From NCBI RefSeq assembly GCF_001194135.2, contig NC_068984.1, forward strand, positions 78,455,643 through 78,492,781: a stretch of DNA of 37,139 bases. Direction: 5' to 3'. This DNA is from Octopus bimaculoides. Its lineage: Eukaryota. The translations under genes and the position numbers were made by a program. The notes under the pieces are model-generated. The model was not told the origin of the DNA. It made no database searches and saw only the letters and a list, made by a program, of their open reading frames with translations. This document shows, piece by piece, positions 35,263 to 37,139 of the stretch. Every line of letters begins with the position of its first letter. Positions within the stretch are counted from its first letter, which is position 1.

Positions 35263-35481
35263 AAGGTAGCAAGCTGGCACAGTAGATACAGTGCTGGATG
35301 AAATGCTTAGCAATATTTCGTCTGTCCTTATGTTCAAATTCTGATGAGGTTGACTTTGCCCTTCATCCTTTTTTCAGGTTCGGTAAAATAAATACTGGTT
35401 GAGCACTAGGGGTTGATGTAATTTACTTATCTCTCTGCCCCTGAAATTACTAGCTTTGTGCTAAAATTTGAAGCCAATATT
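35263..35481 (+). mobile_element. SINE family B, sense orientation
   Basis: aaggtagcaagctggc...gttcaaattctgatgaggttgactttgcccttcatcc...aaatttgaagcc. Confidence 0.82.
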
Positions 35482-35535
35482 AATGTACTACCTCTCTTGG
35501 GTTTGTGACAGCTATATCACATCACATCACATCTT

Positions 35536-36190
35536 GAAGGTTATCTTTTGCAATTCAAGAATAGGAGTAATCTACAACATGTTCTCAAGAACAAATGAAA
35601 AAGCAAAGCTTTTAAAACCCTAAGATGCAACTGCAAGTGTTGATTAGGCCACTCTTTTGTGGAGGATGTGACACATGTAATCAACAGTTGCTCATAAATG
35701 TCATTGACATACAACCTCCCACTGCGACACGAAGTTGCTAAAACAGTATACAATTCCATCTGCACAAGAGACAGCCCTAGGATAAATATAAACAACACTT
35801 CTGCTATGGGATACATATCAGCAGAAGAAATATTGGTGTAACATTCCCATCAAAACTTCTACCAAGTACAAACACACAGGCCTGACATAGCTACTTGACA
35901 TAGGAAAGTCATGTACAGTCATAGAGGTTAGTTACCACCCAGATGTGAACATCCCTTCTAAAATCAAAGACAAGGAGAATATCTGTGGACAACTACTTTG
36001 CAACCTGCTGCAACTTTTCAACTCTGATTATAAATTTACATTCATACTAATAATGATTGGGTTTCTCTTTCGACATAGTAAATGTTCAAGTGACAATCTG
36101 GAGAAACGCAGTTACTCAAGCAAAGACAGAGCCTGGCTTATAAGTAAAAGTGTAAAAATATCGAAGACTTTTTTAAAGTTCGATGTGTGG
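35536..36190 (+). mobile_element. RLE-type non-LTR retrotransposon C-terminal fossil (R4/Dong-like)
   Basis: Across frameshifts: EGYL(F)AIQE, a decayed CCHC knuckle (KC*LGHSFVEDVTHVINSC), LPLRHEVAK, YWCNIPI, RPDI, VIEVS and KIKDKEN. Confidence 0.8.
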
Positions 36191-36686
36191 CAATTAAAAT
36201 TCTTGTTACCCAGACTCCAATGATAAGGCTCTCTTTGTTTCTGTGCTAGACATCAGGTCTCTCCTTGGAACAATACAAAGAAATGAAAAGAAGAAAGAGA
36301 AATACACAATTAGAGAGAAAATAACAAGCTTTCTTTTACAATACAGTTGTTAGGCTGTGGCCATACTGGGGCACCATCTGAGCATACTAGCAATGTGTGT
36401 GTGTGTAATTGTATCAAGGACCTATAATCCTTTAAGGGGATGCTAGCATCCTAGTTCTCCGGTTTATACCAGTGCTCAGTGAAAACTAAATATATATATA
36501 TATATATATATAGGTATTTGAAATAATTATGAATGAGAAAAAGAAGAAAATGGAGAAATTGACATACAGACGTAAGTTTATTCAAAGGTTTTTAATATCT
36601 TTGCATAAACTGATGTCTGCGTGTCAATTTCTCCATTTTCTTTCTTTTCGCATTCATATATATATATGTGTGTGTGTAGATATATA

Positions 36687-36990
36687 TCATCATCGTCGTT
36701 TAACGTCCGCTTTCCATGCTAGCATGGGTTGGACGATTTGACTGAGGACTGGTGGACCAGGAGGCAACACCAGGCTCCAATCTGATTTGGCAGAGTTTCT
36801 ACAGCTGGATGCCCTTCCTAACGCCAACCACTTCGAGAGTGTAGTGGGTGCTTTTACGTGCCACCGGCACGAGGGCCAGTCAGGTGGGTACTGGCAACGG
36901 CTACGCTCGAAATGCTGTATTTTACATGCCACCTGCACAAGGGCCAGTCCAGGGGCACTGGCAACGATCTCGCTTGGATGTCTTACTGGC
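36687..36990 (-). mobile_element. Young RTE 3' UTR copy
   Basis: Reverse-complement match to 16680-17010. Confidence 0.88.
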
Positions 36991-37014
36991 AAAGGCCACA
37001 TATATATATATATC

Positions 37015-37139
37015 ATCATCATGATCATCATCATCGTTTAACGTCCGCTTTCCATGCTAGCATGGGTTGGACGATTTGACTGAGGACTGGTGAAACCGGA
37101 TGGCAACACCAGGCTCCATTCTAATTTGGCAGAGTTTCT
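37015..37139 (-). mobile_element. Second RTE 3' UTR copy, cut by the window edge
   Basis: About 58 nt identical to 36696 onward (cgtttaacgtccgc...gaggactggtg). Confidence 0.88.

Noticed and set aside
36436-36449. 14-bp perfect palindrome ggatgctagcatcc
   Set aside because: It is isolated with no supporting structure; one such palindrome in 37 kb is weak evidence.

Overview
This is AT-rich eukaryotic DNA, dense in repeats, with five assembly gaps (N runs at 2015-2037, 2990-3619, 4421-4520, 19470-19591 and 29340-30010), each next to a (TA)n or (GT)n tract. The repeat families and microsatellite style suggest an octopus/cephalopod genome; this is an inference from recalled repeat families, not a database result. 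I find no complete protein-coding gene, and most supplied ORFs are microsatellite or gap artefacts. The window is mostly transposon remnants. It holds fragments of four retroelement lineages: RTE, a CR1/L2-like LINE whose ORF1 has a CCCH zinc finger, a Penelope-like element with a 5' inversion, and an RLE-type R4/Dong-like element. It also has a separate Penelope-like terminal repeat with a minimal hammerhead ribozyme motif, at least four tRNA-derived SINE families (including a six-copy stack in a (TAA)n tract), a rearranged Helitron, a pogo/Tigger fossil, and mariner- and piggyBac-type MITEs. A few isolated exon candidates with good splice signals suggest the window may lie in large introns, but they cannot be joined into a gene. 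Boundaries of degraded repeats are approximate.
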